From Octopus bimaculoides (lineage: Eukaryota): a stretch of DNA of 64,000 bases. Below the pieces are notes generated by a model. It was not told the origin of the DNA, ran no database searches, and was given only the letters and a program-made list of their open reading frames with translations. The position numbers and the translations under genes are program-made. Of this stretch, positions 13,127-24,863 are shown in pieces; positions within the stretch are counted from its first letter, which is position 1, and each line of letters starts with the position of its first letter. The stretch spans positions 13,462,454-13,526,453 of the forward strand of contig NC_068989.1 in assembly GCF_001194135.2 (NCBI RefSeq), read 5' to 3'.

Positions 13127-13127
<1 letters not shown>
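12718..13127 (-). mobile_element. R4/Dong-like non-LTR retrotransposon 3' end, lineage B
   Basis: NIAAKEFDKISKYKDLLIEIEK (frameshift) MWHLKATTIPVIVGSLGMIKKG...LQEVQKIVLTGTTHVLRRALSL*, then about 170 nt of UTR and (TAA)n at 12686-12717. Confidence 0.85.
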
Positions 13128-13195
<68 letters not shown>

Positions 13196-13197
<2 letters not shown>

Positions 13198-13655
13198 CAT
13201 GTCTTCATGTTTTCTAAGTTATCTATGTTACGTCTCGTCTTCTTCTTGCAGCTTACAGAAGCAACATGTCCAGGCTTCTTCATCAGCTTCATCCGATGTT
13301 TCTGAGAAAACTCTTCATGTTGGACTTTTATTCTCCCAGCTGATGATCTTTTTCTCTGTTAATCCACATATTGTACTCCTGGAGGGTCTCACCATTGTCA
13401 CCGATAACCTTTTCACACAGTGCTACCTGCAACATTCTTTCATCACTCTTCTTCCGGTAGGTATGTAAGGATCTGATATCCTTCATATTACCATCCACTA
13501 TTCCAATCAATCTTCTTCCACCTTCCTTCGTAGTTAAGGAAAACCTTGCTATGTGACATCTAGTATGATGGCACTCATGCATAGCCATTATCTTCATAGA
13601 TTTTCTCTACATATTGACCAGGTCTTCCTTTGTCCACGCCACAAATCCTTCGTGG
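13196..13655 (-). mobile_element. R4/Dong-like retrotransposon internal fragment (post-RT thumb region)
   Basis: GFVAWTKEDLVNM*RKSMKIMAMHECHHTRCHIARFSLTTKEGGRRLIGI... matches the WTxEELxxMDRKTRKxMTMHxxxHPxxxxxRLYLPRKEGGRGL motif. It abuts (TAA)n at 13128-13195. Confidence 0.85.
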
Positions 13656-13676
13656 AAACGTCCCTCACACACAGAA

Positions 13677-13846
13677 TTAGCGGCATTTAGTCTGGTCTTT
13701 ATGTTTTCGGTCCAAATTCCATCGGGGTCAACTTTGCCTTTCATCCTTTCGGGATCGATAAAATATGTATGATCTGAACACTAAGGTCGATGTACTCGAC
13801 TTACCGCTGCCCCGAAATTGTTGGCCTTGAGCCAAAATTTGAAATC
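13677..13846 (+). mobile_element. SINE family 2
   Basis: ttagcggcattt, gtcaactttgcctttcatcctttcgggatcgataaaat and tail ccttgagccaaaatttgaaatc. Confidence 0.8.
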
Positions 13847-14412
13847 ATCATCGTTGTTGTTGCTGCCGTTGCTGTTTTCTTTGATGATGTTAGTGTCCAT
13901 ATTGCTGTTGCTGTTGGTGTTGTTCATACTGTTGTGACCATCATCTCCAACATTATTGAACGTCGTTAAAAATTTCCCAATTTGTTTGCTACTTTTGTGT
14001 TTCTCGTAACGTTTTTCTCTGTAAATATCCTGTCAGTATACATACAGATTTATAACACAAGTAAATGTTAAAGCACGCGACAAATAAATCTCCCACGTAT
14101 GAGAGATCAACTGATCCGCTCAATTACTTTGGTCTTAGGCAGCTGAACTTACATTTGTTTCTATTTGATGCTATTCCAATAAACAAAATTTCTTAAATCA
14201 AAGGATCTCGATTCAAATGTTCAAAGTAGGTGAAGACCAAAAGCTATTCGCTTACAAAGCAAGATTTCTGGTTCTGGAAGCTTCTTTTCTATCCTAGAAT
14301 GAATTCTTTCTGATTCTTTCTTAGGTCTTTACAATAATTTGATTATTTTGGCAATACAAGCGCTTGCACAAATATCTATGTGTATATTTGCGCATCAATT
14401 TTATGTGTATAT

Positions 14413-14462
<50 letters not shown>

Positions 14463-14553
14463 ACACACACACACACACATACACATACACACACGTGCGC
14501 ATACACGTACACACGCACACGGGTACGCGTGCGTATGTATGTACGTTGTTATT

Positions 14554-14766
14554 CAGTTTTATTTCAATATTTCTTGCCAATAAAGAACCGGTTTCTAACC
14601 TAGATCCAAGGCTCTTTCATTAGAATTCCAACATCAACAGGGAATTTTTTATATGCATGTATGTATTTCATTGCGCAGTTTTATTTCAAGATTTCTTGCT
14701 AATAGAGAAAGGGCCGGTTTCTAACCTAGATCCAAGGCTCCATCATTAGAATTTTAACATCAACAA
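14554..14766 (-). mobile_element. Two head-to-tail copies (period 122 bp) of repeat family B with a degenerate hammerhead-like core
   Basis: Copies start at 14554 and 14676. Reverse complement is gaattCTAATGAaagAGCCTtggatctAGGTTaGAAACCGGT. A third copy lies on the + strand at 21171-21275. Confidence 0.6.
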
Positions 14767-14863
14767 GAAGGTATTTTTGTATGTACGTACGTATGTATGC
14801 ATGTATGTATATGTGCAGTTTTGTATGTTCTGTTTTATGTATGTATATATGTATGTATGTATG

Positions 14864-15096
14864 TTATTTCTTTACTACCCACAAGGGGCTACACACAGAG
14901 GGGACAAACAAGGACAGACAAACGGATTAAGTCGATTATATCGACCCCAGTGCGTAACTGGTACTTATTTAATCGACCCCGAAAGGATGAAATGCAAAGT
15001 CGACCTCGGCGGTATTTGAACTCAGAACGCAGTGGCAGACGAAATACCGCTAAGCATTTCGCCCGGCGTGCTAACCATTCTGCCAGCTCGCTGCCT

Positions 15097-15097
<1 letters not shown>
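14864..15097 (-). mobile_element. SINE family 2 (tail variant X) inserted in (TATG)n
   Basis: Reverse complement begins ggcagcgagctggcagaatggttagcacgccgggcgaaatgcttagcgg, has B-box gagttcaaatacc, central gtcgactttgcatttcatcctttcggggtcgat and tail agccccttgtgggtagtaaagaaataa. Confidence 0.9.
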
Positions 15098-15128
<31 letters not shown>

Positions 15129-15856
15129 TGTATGTATGTATGTATGTATGTATGTATGTATGTATGTATTTATGTATGTATAAAAAAATATCTGACGTTA
15201 TAAATAATTCAAAACAACGGGACTACGAAGGGTGACGTTTATTTTAAGATAGTGTATGAACTATGAATTATTCTCTTTCCCGATCTCGTGAACGATACGG
15301 AGGACAATATAATCAACACGGCCTGACTGAGAAGATAAAAGAGAAAATTAAAACATTTCTTGCTGAAACTTTCCTGAATTGCTACATTTAAAATAAAACT
15401 GAAATATATTATAACCGAGTTTTACTGCCACAACGAATGCTTTAAGAGTAAATACAAAACCAATAACAAAGCTATTATTTTAAATTATAACAAAACATAG
15501 AAGAGATGTCAAAATAATGTTGCATTTATATTTTCTTTGAACGTAACATTAATAACGAAAAATGCTAGATTATATATTTTAAGTCTTGCAGCATATGTGA
15601 TTAGCTTAATATTTTGTTATGAAAACCTGTATGATATTGAACTTGCGCATTATTTCAAAGGAAAATTGTTACTTTTGTGAACTACTATTAAAGCTGGGTA
15701 AATACTGTGTAAGAGAGCTATGATAGCCTTGCGTTATTGTAAATATTAAATGAAGTTAATTGATATTGAATACGTACATCAATGTAGAGAATATGCAAAG
15801 GTAAAAAGAGTTAATCCTTTTTGTTTTGTTTTTTCTTTCATAAAGCTAATAAAGAA

Positions 15857-16172
15857 GTACTCCGTCGGTTACGATGGCGAGGGTCCCAGCTGATACAATC
15901 AACGGAACAGCTTCCTCGTGAAATTAACGTGCAAGTGGCTGAACAATCCAAAGACACGTGTACCCCTAACGTAGTTGTCAGGGAGATTCAGCGTGACACA
16001 GAGCGTGACAAAGCTGGCCCTTTGAAATACATGTACAAATCATTTTTGCCAGCTGAGTGGACTGAAGCAAAGTGAAATAAGGTGTCTTGCTCAAGGACAC
16101 AAAGTGTCGCCGGGAATTGAACTCACGACCTTACAATTGTGAGTTGAATGCCTTAACCACTAAGCCTTCGCC
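15857..16172 (-). mobile_element. tRNA-headed SINE: family-4 head with family-3 tail
   Basis: Head ggcgaaggcttagtggttaagg...gagttcaattcccgg and central gtgtccttgagcaagacacc. The tail cacttgcacgttaatttcacgag...cgtaaccgacggagtac is shared with 35249-35596. Confidence 0.85.
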
Positions 16173-17506
16173 ATAAAACTAATAAATCTTAATTCTCAGG
16201 CAACGATATGTACTGTAGTCTATTGAGAAACGTGTGGGTAAGGCAAAGAATCGAGTAGATGGTTTTATATGTAGTGGAACATATGTTTTGTTGTGCCATT
16301 TAATTGATGAGATATGTGTATTTAAGTTCATGAAGAAAGATAGAGTAATATTCCATCAGCATTGAACGAGTGCATTACCCTCTGTGTTAAAAGCATTGTA
16401 ATGAGATTTCGTTGGATCGTTTACGGCATCTATTGCACAAGAAAACAAACTTGCCTAACCTTACGAATATTATCCTGTTATGGAAAAAAGAATTGCTTAA
16501 ATTAATAAAAAGCATAATATCCTTATTATTTGTTTTTTTTGTATTTTTATTTTATAAATCTGCTACTCTGAATATTTACTGCCAATTATATTCATTTAGG
16601 TTTTTGTAATAATACAGGGCATCCAGGTCCCTTTTATATAGTCTGTATTTTGCTCTATTAGCTATTTTCTTCTGTAAAAGGTTTTCGACATAATCAATGA
16701 TGAAACAAATTCGGCCCAAAATGAAATCAAAGATAACCAAATATGCCACCCGTCCTACAATGTGTGTAGTATAGATGAAACCAGATGTTCAATTAAAGTT
16801 TATTTGAATAAAAGCACATGTAAAGAATATATTCGATGAACAATAGAGTGAATACGTTCAGGCGAATCAATGATGAAATTAAGCTGGTAGGACAAAAATA
16901 TCATTCCAAATGATTAAGGGTAATTATATTCGCTTGGTAAACCACTTCAAAGAATCTTTCGTCATAAACGAATCTTTTACAAATCGTTTGTGATATTTAA
17001 GTTTCTTAAAAGAAGCTTTACTTTGTTGCCAAAACTTTTTGTGAATAAAAATCAAAAAGAAAATGTAGAGAGATATAAAAAGTCTTTCTTTATAGAAAAA
17101 AATTGAAGAGAATTACTATAAATATTGATATTTCTCATTCAATTCTGACCATTCAAAAACATATCTCTTTATGGATAAAAACAATGTAGGTTTTACTCGT
17201 GGTCAGCGAGCATGAAATTGAAGAAACTCGTAAAATATGTTCATTTTTATCACATCATGACCACAACATTCTCCAGTCAAATATTGTTTTCAGAGAAAAT
17301 ACACGGAGGACCTATTAGAATATAATTAAAAAAAATTATTAGGAATCTAGAAAGTGAAGAATCAGGTCTGGCATAATTTTTTCCATAGATTCATTCGAAA
17401 GTGATTGTAGAACTACATAATATCATTAATAGCATTCGTCATTTTGTGGGCAGGAATCAACCAATATTGAACCGAAAAATTCACTACTGACGTATGTATG
17501 TATATG

Positions 17507-17562
<56 letters not shown>

Positions 17563-17713
17563 NNNNNNNNNNNNNNNNNNNNNNNNNNNNNNNNNNNNNN
17601 NNNNNNNNNNNNNNNNNNNNNNNNNNNNNNNNNNNNNNNNNNNNNNNNNNNNNNNNNNNNNNNNNNNNNNNNNNNNNNNNNNNNNNNNNNNNNNNNNNNN
17701 NNNNNNNNNNNAT

Positions 17714-17776
<63 letters not shown>

Positions 17777-17813
17777 CATACATACATACATAGATAGATA
17801 GATACATAGATAC

Positions 17814-17887
<74 letters not shown>

Positions 17888-18502
17888 GGATAGATAAGCA
17901 TATTATTAACCCCCTCTTCAACAGAGTTTTCCAGGCTTGGGAGGTCTGCGTGCACCGTAAGATTTACATTTACAAATTTCCGTCATCGTATTATAGATGA
18001 AGGTGGCTAGTGACGGTTAAGACTATGTTTCTAGGGAGTGAGGAAAAGAATGTTGAGAAGGTTTTATAGAGAATATAATTAATAGCGTGGTTGTTTTCTC
18101 CTGGCCATTTATCTTAAATTTTAATTACAGAAATATAATAGTCTAGAAGTAGATCGTATGCTTATTCTGAAGGCATCCAGTTCGTTGCTATTTTCTTCAT
18201 ATAGCACTTACATATTTTCAATATCGTAATTCCAGTTATTTGACATTTTATTTCTATCAAATTCATCATTATCTCTACGTGAATAAATTAGTAAGAAGAA
18301 TATTAATAAAGCTCATAACCTTTTTTTATTTTATAGGCTTCTTATATGAAAGAGTTGAGGTGTACTTTAGAGTTTTATAGATAAATATATGGAATGGTGC
18401 TAAATTTAAGACCTGATGATAAATTTCGGGAGTTTATGGATCGGAAAAAATGATTGGCATTAGAAATCGCATCCTCATATAATAATACTTTTTGCTATAT
18501 AT

Positions 18503-18678
18503 ACAAGGGCTGAAAATCATAGGGAAGCGGCTAATCGATTACATTAATCTCTGCGAGCAGCTGGTAATTCTTCTATCGACCCCGGAAATATAAAAGGTAA
18601 AGTCGACCTTGGCGTAATTTGAACTCAGAATGTAAAGACGGATGAAATTCCGTGAATTATTCTGCCACCTTCCCGTCT
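18503..18678 (-). mobile_element. SINE family 2, decayed
   Basis: atcgaccccggaaatataaaaggtaaagtcgaccttggcgtaatttgaactcagaatg on the + strand. Confidence 0.75.
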
Positions 18679-18694
18679 TATCATTCCCTTACAA

Positions 18695-19104
18695 TAATCC
18701 TTTCAACAAAAGGCACAAAGCCTGAAAGATTGTAAGAGGGGACTAGTAGATTACATCGAGACCAGAGTTACACTGGTACTTAATCTATAGACCCCGAGAG
18801 GATGAAAGACAAAGTCGACCTCGACGAAATTTGAACTCAGATCGTAAAGACGGACTAAATCTACAGTTCTATATTTAATAGATGAGGAATTATGTACATT
18901 ATTTACATTATTTACAATTGACGGATATTTGTCCTCATCTTGTTTGTTCTTGATGAAGGCTGGAAAGTATATCAGCCGAAACGTTGTGTTAACAACAAAC
19001 AAGATGACAGCAAATATCCGTCAAATGTAAATAATGCAAATAATGGACTAAATGCTGCTAAGCATTTTTTCCGGCGTGCTAACGATTCTACCAGTTCGCC
19101 ACCG
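18695..19104 (-). mobile_element. SINE family 2 interrupted by a family A insertion
   Basis: SINE sequence stops at gacggactaaat (18860) and resumes at ggactaaatgctgctaagc (19045). Confidence 0.85.
18861..19044. mobile_element. Fold-back family A insertion with a 9-bp TSD
   Basis: TSD ggactaaat at 18852-18860 and 19045-19053. Inverted arms at about 18895-18948 and 18993-19045 enclose tTGATGA-a-GGCTG-gaaagtatat-CAGCC-GAAACGTTGTGTT. Confidence 0.85.
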
Positions 19105-20677
19105 ATAATAAAACGAGAAGTTGCTATCGATGCCTCTTGCATCACGTATTTTTTCTAATTTTAATTAAAAGATCGGAATTAGAGTAATCTTACAGGGATT
19201 TCCATAAATATTTCATATGAAATTTCCAATTTGATACTTGGTAAACTAGTAAAATTCCTGCATAATGAACACGCCGTAATTAAAAAGATCGTTANNNNNN
19301 NNNNNNNNNNNNNNNNNNNNNNNNNNNNNNNNNNNNNNNNNNNNNNNNNNNNNNNNNNNNNNNNNNNNNNNNNNNNNNNNNNNNNNNNNNNNNNNNNNNN
19401 NNNNNNNNNNNNNNNNNNNNNNNNNNNNNNNNNNNNNNNNNNNNNNNNNNNNNNNNNNNNNNNNNNNNNNNNNNNNNNNNNNNNNNNNNNNNNNNNNNNN
19501 NNNNNNNNNNNNNNNNNNNNNNNNNNNNNNNNNNNNNNNNNNNNNNNNNNNNNNNNNNNNNNNNNNNNNNNNNNNNNNNNNNNNNNNNNNNNNNNNNNNN
19601 NNNNNNNNNNNNNNNNNNNNNNNNNNNNNNNNNNNNNNNNNNNNNNNNNNNNNNNNNNNNNNNNNNNNNNNNNNNNNNNNNNNNNNNNNNNNNNNNNNNN
19701 NNNNNNNNNNNNNNNNNNNNNNNNNNNNNNNNNNNNNNNNNNNNNNNNNNNNNNNNNNNNNNNNNNNNNNNNNNNNNNNNNNNNNNNNNNNNNNNNNNNN
19801 NNNNNNNNNNNNNNNNNNNNNNNNNNNNNNNNNNNNNNNNNNNNNNNNNNNNNNNNNNNNNNNNNNNNNNNNNNNNNNNNNNNNNNNNNNNNNNNNNNNN
19901 NNNNNNNNNNNNNNNNNNNNNNNNNNNNNNNNNNNNNNNNNNNNNNNNNNNNNNNNNNNNNNNNNNNNNNNNNNNNNNNNNNNNNNNNNNNNTATATATA
20001 TATATATATTTATATATATGTATATATATTCTATTGTGTGTGTTTGTATACGCGTGGTTTTGAAGCATATGGACTCGTTGTGCGTGTCTCTTGAGAGGAT
20101 AGAAAATAAACAGAACAGCGTGTAATAGATAGCACAGCTCATAATGTCATGTAAACGGATGTATACGCCAAATCGAGAAAAAGGGTCCCTGCAAATAAAT
20201 GAATGCCAGCAGACGACAAAAACAGCTACAGCCAGCAGCTATATATTTATGTGTACGTATGTATACACATACACACATATATACACATATACACGCATAC
20301 ACACTCATATACACATAGTCGCACAAACATGCGCACATATACGAAAGCCTGAACCGAGAGCTACCTGGTATTTGTTTATGTAAGGGCTATAAAACTGATA
20401 ATCTATCGCGTTCCCCAAATCAGCAGACATTTACGTATGACACGATTGTAAGACTGTAAGTCATTGCCGTCATGATTTGTTGGAAGATAAGAATAAAGAG
20501 TGGCGTAGCTTTTCTGATTGTTACTTAACCGTACGAAACTCTATTACGTTAATCTAATGTTATCATTTACAAAAAAGATATACGTCAAGATTAAGTCTGT
20601 ATTTATACATTGACTTTTATAGAAATCAGAAATGTATTTATGCTGATTGTCATTTACGTGCCTATACTCTTATATAT

Positions 20678-20918
20678 GGTGGTTGTCTACTCCTTAAACA
20701 GAGTTTGACCACCTCCTGCACCTACACCTTAGCCCTTTCATGGCGTCTGATGTGGCTTTTTAAACCAGACAGTGTTTTGTAAAAAACACACCCACACAGA
20801 TTGCACCTCTGATTTGCACTACCAATACCTGCAAGTAAGTTCTGCTCATTGTGGATCCTAACATGTCTTTTAAGACCCCCATTGGATTTGCAAACCCTCT
20901 GGCACACACCACATTCAA
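20678..20918 (-). mobile_element. 5'-truncated LINE 3' end (RTE-like, inferred) encoding two C2H2 zinc fingers, with a 12-bp TSD
   Basis: TSD actcttatatat at 20666-20677 and 20919-20930. Frame FECGVCQRVCKSNGGLKRHVRIH...RCNLCGCVFYKTLSGLKSHIRRHERAKV* has its stop at 20722-20724, followed by a 44-nt 3' UTR. Confidence 0.8.
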
Positions 20919-21029
20919 ACTCTTATATATATATATATATATATACATACATCCATATGTACATACATAATTACATACATATATTCATAGATACGTAAAT
21001 AAATACATACGTACACATGTACCACATAC

Positions 21030-21060
<31 letters not shown>

Positions 21061-21170
21061 CATACATACATACATACATACATGCAGACATATAAAACAA
21101 AACATAGAAATCTGCATATGCATTGACTCCAAAAGCTGAACACATGCTCAAGCATTCACAAATATCCTAC

Positions 21171-21275
21171 TGATGTTGAAATTCCGACGAAAGATCCTTG
21201 GATCTAGGTTAGAAACTGACTCTTTTACTATTGACAAGAAATCTTAAAATGAAACCGAATAATGACATGTATACA
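21171..21275 (+). mobile_element. Repeat family B copy with hammerhead-like core
   Basis: gatgttgaaattCCGACGAaagatccttggatctaggttaGAAActgactc...tgacaagaaatcttaaaatgaaaccgaataatgacatgtatac aligns with 14554-14766. Confidence 0.6.
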
Positions 21276-21372
21276 TAAATGCGTACGGACATATATACAT
21301 ACATGGATAATTTATTATGTAGACATATAACCCTACATTGTACATGATATATACATACGTCTTCTTTCTTTG

Positions 21373-21677
21373 CGCCCTTTTAAAGCCTAGCCAGGCTCAT
21401 GGGCCCAGTTTCCCGGTTTCTATGGCGTATGTGTCCCTCCTCCCCAGCTGGACGGGACGCCAGACCATCGCAGCTTTACTCAAGAAACAGGAAGAAAGAG
21501 TGAGAGAAAGTTGGGGCGAAAGAGTACAACAGGGGTCGCCACCACCCCCTGCCGGAACCTCGTGTAGCATTAGGTGTTTTCGCTCAATAAACACAGACAA
21601 CGCCCGGTCTGGGAATTGAAACCGCGATCCTTCGACTGCGAGTCCGCTGCCCTAACCACTGGGCCATTGCGTCTCCA
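21373..21677 (-). mobile_element. SINE family 3, alternative tail (3b)
   Basis: Head tggagacgcaatggcccagtggttagggcagcggactcgcagtcgaaggatcgcggtttcaattccc. The tail catagaaaccgggaaactgggcccatgagcctggctaggc is shared with 33050-33287. Confidence 0.85.
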
Positions 21678-22049
21678 TACATACATATGTGTCGGTGTGT
21701 AAAATGAGGTCAATTGGCATTGCTGTTATAGGATTGAATGTGTTGCGTTATTTGTTCCACTTCTCAGTGGTCAAAATTTAGAACGTATAACGGTCATTTT
21801 TTACTTTTGTCCACTGAAGTGCTCGTACAAAAAACACAAACTTTCAGACTGATACACCCTGGATCGTTCGTTCATAGAACAAAATGTTTCCTACTGCCGT
21901 TTGTGAATACGTTGCTAACTAAAAGCTAATACGTAAATAATACATTATATGAGCACATTGCCGCACATTTGCGTGCGCTTGCACATTTACTGGCTGTGCA
22001 TCTGAGTATATATATGCATATTTATGCACATTTGCATCATATGTAAATC

Positions 22050-22230
22050 ATATTGGTTTCAGGTTCTGGTAGGAGGCCAGTAATTTCTAGGGAGGGGTGG
22101 AACTCCATCACTTCACAGTGCTCATCTGGTACTTGTTCTATCGACCCCGAAAGGATGAACAGCAGAGTTGACCTCGGGGGAATTTGAACTCAGACCGTAA
22201 AGACAGACGAAATGCTGATAAGCAATTTGC
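22050..22230 (-). mobile_element. SINE family 2, decayed
   Basis: tatcgaccccgaaaggatgaacagcagagttgacctcgggggaatttgaactcag on the + strand. Confidence 0.75.
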
Positions 22231-22660
22231 ACTACTTCTAAAAATTTACACTACATCTAAAAGCCCAATACGCGATGGAAAAAAGAACTACACGCAAGAT
22301 GATGGAAACTGTAACAAAACTTTTCTTACTCTCTTCTTTTCTTCATCTCTCTCTCTTGTCCACGTATTCTATAATAACGCAATATGACTGAGCGTTTACA
22401 TTGATATTATCTATCCCTGTCATTTACTTTCACGTGAACATTTGATCGTTTAAACATGTTTGCTCGATTTCTACTTCGTAATTTTAATCTCTGTTAAAAT
22501 CCCATTGTCTTATATATATTTGTATCATTGATAAACAAAAAATTGTTGAGACTAGTTTACTATATATGAAAATAAATCTATTTACAGACAACTACATGTT
22601 TTTCAAATTCAGCTGCACTTTCAAAAATAAATTTTCAGATATATATATATATATACACAC

Positions 22661-22826
22661 ACGATGGGTTTCTTTCAATTTTCGTCTACTGAACCCACTC
22701 AAGGGCCTTTATTCGGCGCGAGGCTACAAATAGATGACAACGTGCCCAAGGTGCCACGCAATAGGACTTAACATGGAGTCATGTGTTTGGGAAGCAAGCT
22801 TCTTGCTACACAGCCACACCAGCGCC
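22661..22826 (-). mobile_element. SINE family 1, 5' half
   Basis: gcccaaggtgccacgcaatagg and gggaagcaagcttcttgctacacagccacaccagcgcc on the + strand. Confidence 0.8.
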
Positions 22827-23164
22827 TTTTTTGGGTTTTTTTTTGTTTATTTGTTTATTTGTTTGTTTTTCAACGCAGAAATGATAATTATATAAATATT
22901 TCTCATCAACCTTCAAGGCAATATATCACAGCACAATAAAGCTTATAATCCACTCCATCCTACACAAGATATACACAGCTTTACGTAACGTAATGCTCCT
23001 GCGAAACAACAGCATGACGAATCAGAATTTTAAAACTGATAGTCACTGGAGTATTTTGAAATCAGACATACAGACACGAATTAAACTATACTCTAACAAC
23101 AGTATTGAGTTCACTTATTTTTATCAGTTTGCGAACTCGAAACACAAAGCTGTATCAATCTACG

Positions 23165-23205
<41 letters not shown>

Positions 23206-24817
23206 TTGCATTCATACACAAGCATAAACAAAAAACATACGCACACTGACAAAAACTCAAGTAAATACATGTGCACATACATATGAAAAAACATGTATGG
23301 TATGCACGTTACTCACACTGTGCACACAAATGTATAATGTACACATACGCACAGATATCCGCTTACAGGAATTAATTGTCAAGAATATATATATAAAAGA
23401 AGTCGAGAATTACGAAAGGATAAACAGTGAATAATGAAATAAAAGGATGAAGGATAAAAAATTAGGAACCAAGATAAATAGAATGAAAATAAAATTAAAA
23501 AAATATATAGAATGAATGAAAGGAATGAGAAAAATAAACTTAAATAAAATATGAAACTTTGTAAAGCGTTTTCACTTTCGAACTACTTATATTATTAATA
23601 ACACGAATGATGCATTGAAAGTTATTTATAATATTTAGTTTCAAGCTATAATTTAAATATAATTTGTTATGTGCAACGGCATAATTCAACAATGATAAAG
23701 AGAGATAGATCGAGATAATTGTATTTCAGGCTGTACAAAAAATATTTCAAATAAATGGTGTGAATTCTAGAGACTTTTGGTAGGTATTACCGATAACTTT
23801 TTGCGTTTTGTTTATATATTAATCTTTGTTTGGTTCTTAACTTTAATTATTTGTCTTTCAGTTGAATGCGAGTGCGTGTTCGTGTGCGTATGCATGTCTC
23901 TACGACTCTCTATTCACGTGTATATTTGTGCTTCCACAAAGCTTTTGGATTTTGCTTCTCCTTTGTTTTATTAAATTGTCTTCTTGTGTCTTGTGTGTGT
24001 TTGTACGTCTGTGCATATGTGTGCTTATTAAGTCTCAATGCATTGTTTGGTGTATTTAAAATGCCTATCAATGTTTGCTTCTATATGCGTCTGTGAGGTG
24101 CATGTTTATATTTCGAAATATCTTTTAATATATATTTATACAAGTCTGCCAGCTCATTCCTCAGTCTGTCTGTGCTGTTTTGTATTTTGCATTCTGTTGT
24201 TTTTTTCTCGTATATTTACGTGTCTATTTGTATTATATGGTAGCGTATAGGTTTCAATATATGAGTGTGTGTACAATATTTGCTGTTTTTATTTTCTTGT
24301 ATGAATGAAACGAAATATAATTTTCGCTTCAATCTATATTTGTAATATTTTTGTTCGGCTGTTTACAGTTATATTTGAAATATTCTGTTCTATATATATA
24401 ACATCATATCATGTTTTGATGCGTTCTCAGTCTATGCATTTCTCATAATCTGTCTCTATTTATATAACTATTTGTGAATTTATGTGCATAACTATATGAG
24501 CGTGCAGCTCTCTCTATCTCCCTTTCTATCCACTTATGCTCTCACTCTCTCCCTCTCTCGCACTCTCTTACACACATTCACTCATACACACACACACATA
24601 TACAGACGACATGCATAAACACACACGTTCTCATGTTTCCTATCTATACATGTCTTCTCAGTTGTTTTTTTTTCTTCCATAGCATTTGCGGATTTGCTTC
24701 ATCATCAGTTTTAACTGAAAGATGCATATATACGCTTACAAGCAGAAACTACCAAACATCTGTACACACACAGACAGACAGACACACACAGAGACACGCA
24801 TGCAAACGCATGAACAG

Positions 24818-24863
<46 letters not shown>

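Noticed and set aside
14554-14766. Possible CRISPR-like repeat-spacer pattern
   Set aside because: Only two long diverged units with microsatellite spacers, in a eukaryotic context with no cas genes.
18413-18455. CTGATGA followed by a hairpin
   Set aside because: GAAA does not follow the hairpin directly and there are no stems I or III.
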